A DNA stretch of 63,801 nt, counting the filler, from Octopus bimaculoides (lineage: Eukaryota), in NCBI RefSeq assembly GCF_001194135.2. It is 7 parts of 7 records of this genome, joined end to end, with 100 filler letters (N's around TTAATTAATTAA, not from the genome) between each part and the next. Parts side by side here need not be neighbours in the genome. Positions count along the whole stretch, not along the records: positions 60,485 to 62,609 come from NW_026362932.1; positions 62,710 to 63,801 come from NC_068988.1; 5 more parts are not named here. One strand, written 5' to 3'. The translations under genes and the position numbers were made by a program. Under the pieces are notes generated by a model. The model had not been told where the DNA came from, made no database searches, and saw only the letters and a program-made list of their open reading frames with translations. Positions 61,655 through 63,801 of the stretch are shown piece after piece (positions within the stretch are counted from its first letter, which is position 1; each line of letters starts with the position of its first letter).

Positions 61655-62577
61655 ATAAATATGAATATGTGTGTGTGTGTGTATACATGCGCATTTATAT
61701 ATCACCTCTCTGTGTTCGTCAACACCTTTGTTCCTTCTCTGACAAAATTAATTTTCACAATTACGCTGTCGACGTCCTTTAGTTTTAATTGTAAACTCAT
61801 TGTGTACAATAGAATATGTCTACGAACATACACTTTCTGTCTTTTTCTGTCTGTCTGTCTGCTTCTCTCTGTCTGTCTGTCTCTCTCTCTCTCTCACACA
61901 CATATACACACATATTCATTTCTCATGCTCTCTATTCAGTTATTCTCCTTTTGTTATTCCAATGTTTGTTGTTTCTAGTAAATTAATTTTTTACTCTGCA
62001 TTTAATAATACAACCGTATAGAACTTCCTACTACAACAGTGTTGCACTGTCAAATCCACCAAGGACACACATACACATGGACGCTCTTTACATAACTCTT
62101 ATATACATACATACACAAATATGCTACATATAGTTATCTGTGTATACACCCGTTTATTCATATAGTCATATATATATATATATTTATATAACTTATGTTT
62201 GTGCTGATACTACGAAAGACCAGCACACAAAACAGTTCGTCCACAGAGAGATAGACAGACAAACAGGTAGGTAAATGGATAAATGGTGGGACAGATAGAT
62301 AGGTGGACAAGTACATACATACATACATAGCTGGATGATTGTAGGTAGATCGTGTGATACTTCTATATACACAAACGATCCACACCTCTATAAGTAATCA
62401 ATACTGCTGAGACATTCTAATAAAAACAGTCTGTTGCAAACCTAACGGACTTGATTTTGTTATATGGGACTAGTAACAAACCCCCAAGCTCTTGTGGTAA
62501 CCTGTAGCCTCACAGATCGCTCGCAGATATTTTACCTAAAGTAATAGGGAAACGAGCCATATATGCACTTCCAACCG

Positions 62578-62609
<32 letters not shown>

Positions 62610-62941
62610 NNNNNNNNNNNNNNNNNNNNNNNNNNNNNNNNNNNNNNNNNNNNTTAATTAATTAANNNNNNNNNNNNNNNNNNNNNNNNNNNNNNNNNNN
62701 NNNNNNNNNACTGTGTGCGTGTCTGTCTGTCTGTATACATATATACACATATATATATGTATTTCTCTCTCTTACTCTCTATCTCTCTCTATATATATAT
62801 ATACATATATATATGCATGTATATGTATGTATATCTGACTGTGTGCGTGTCTGTCTGTCTGTATACATATATACACATATATATATGTATTTCTCTCTCT
62901 TACTCTCTATCTCTCTCTATATATATATATACAGATAGATT

Positions 62942-62990
<49 letters not shown>

Positions 62991-63504
62991 AGAGAGAGAG
63001 AGACAGAGAGAGAGACATTGTTTCCAAGCCATTTACCGTTTCTTTTCGTTCCATCTGTCGAGTATGCATTAGGATTCTCTACGATTGTTGCTCAATTATT
63101 ATATTATGCATTTTTTTTCTAATTTCACTTTCTTGCCTTTGTACATATATATTCACAAGTGTAGTATGATATAATCGTATGACATGTGTGGGCCTCCGTC
63201 GTTTAACGATGTGTAGTCACTTATTCCATAAAAGAAATAACATCCTGAATTTACGTTTATGTAGCTGAGAATACGTCAGATATGAATGTAATTAATGTAA
63301 ACTGAACGCAGAATCGACATAACTAAGGATGTGCCATTCCACTCAAACGGAATTACAGATACAATGCATGAATTGAATTCTATATAATTTTCGATTATCC
63401 AGTATCATATATAGGATATACATGTCTATCCCTCACTGACTCGTCATCGGATATGGTAGACTAAAGCAGGTGAAGAAACTCGTTGTATGAATATATTTGT
63501 GTAT

Positions 63505-63710
63505 GTGTTTGTGTGTGTGAGTGCTTGATCCCTTTATCGCTTGAAAACCGCCGTTGCAGTGTTTTGGTCCTCGCAACTTAACGCTTCAGCAAACGAGAAC
63601 TTTAAGTGAGATTATATATTGATGTTGCCTTCTTCGACTAAAACCGTCAGGGTTGTGTACGAGCATGACCGACGTCAGATGAGTGAAACAGGTAAAAGTT
63701 AAGGAAAAAG
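63505..63710 (+). mobile_element. Diverged CORE-SINE tail
   Basis: cgcttgaaaaccgccgttg..cgactaaaacc..gagtgaaacaggtaaaag. Confidence 0.6.
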
Positions 63711-63801
63711 AAGAACGTCTGTACACATACATACATACGCTTTTCTTACTTAACTTTAAAATGTTTCACGTATGTGTGTGTATATATATATATATATATA
63801 T

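Noticed and set aside
15478-62665. Recurrent TTAATTAATTAA flanked by N runs (about 15478, 31026, 49466, 56660, 60429, 62654)
   Set aside because: Identical all-frame-stop linker always embedded in gaps: an assembly spacer, not biology.

Overview
AT-rich, microsatellite-dense, gapped eukaryotic scaffold. The tRNA-derived CORE-type SINEs, RTE LINEs and (TA)n/(CA)n density suggest an octopod cephalopod; this is inference. No complete protein-coding gene, true tRNA/rRNA or CRISPR array is supportable. The window is mostly nested mobile-element relics: two RTE LINEs in inverted orientation, many RTE 3'-UTR pieces, an R4/Dong-like RLE LINE end, Tc1/mariner, hAT and Merlin relics, several modular SINE families and palindromic MITEs. 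A few candidate exons are also present. The main unexplained signal, read by eye, is seven type I hammerhead-ribozyme-like motifs. Four have intact CUGANGA/GAAA cores and good helices, three are degenerate, and two lie head-to-tail 380 nt apart. They sit in short, ORF-less, mostly (TA)n-flanked elements resembling Penelope-like pseudo-LTRs or retrozymes. Other signals are a Merlin-type MITE family carrying telomeric (TTAGGG)n arrays with 8-bp target-site duplications, and a CpG-eroded domain (~31.4-53.8 kb) consistent with gene-body methylation. All alignments and folds were done manually; repeat boundaries are approximate to tens of bp.
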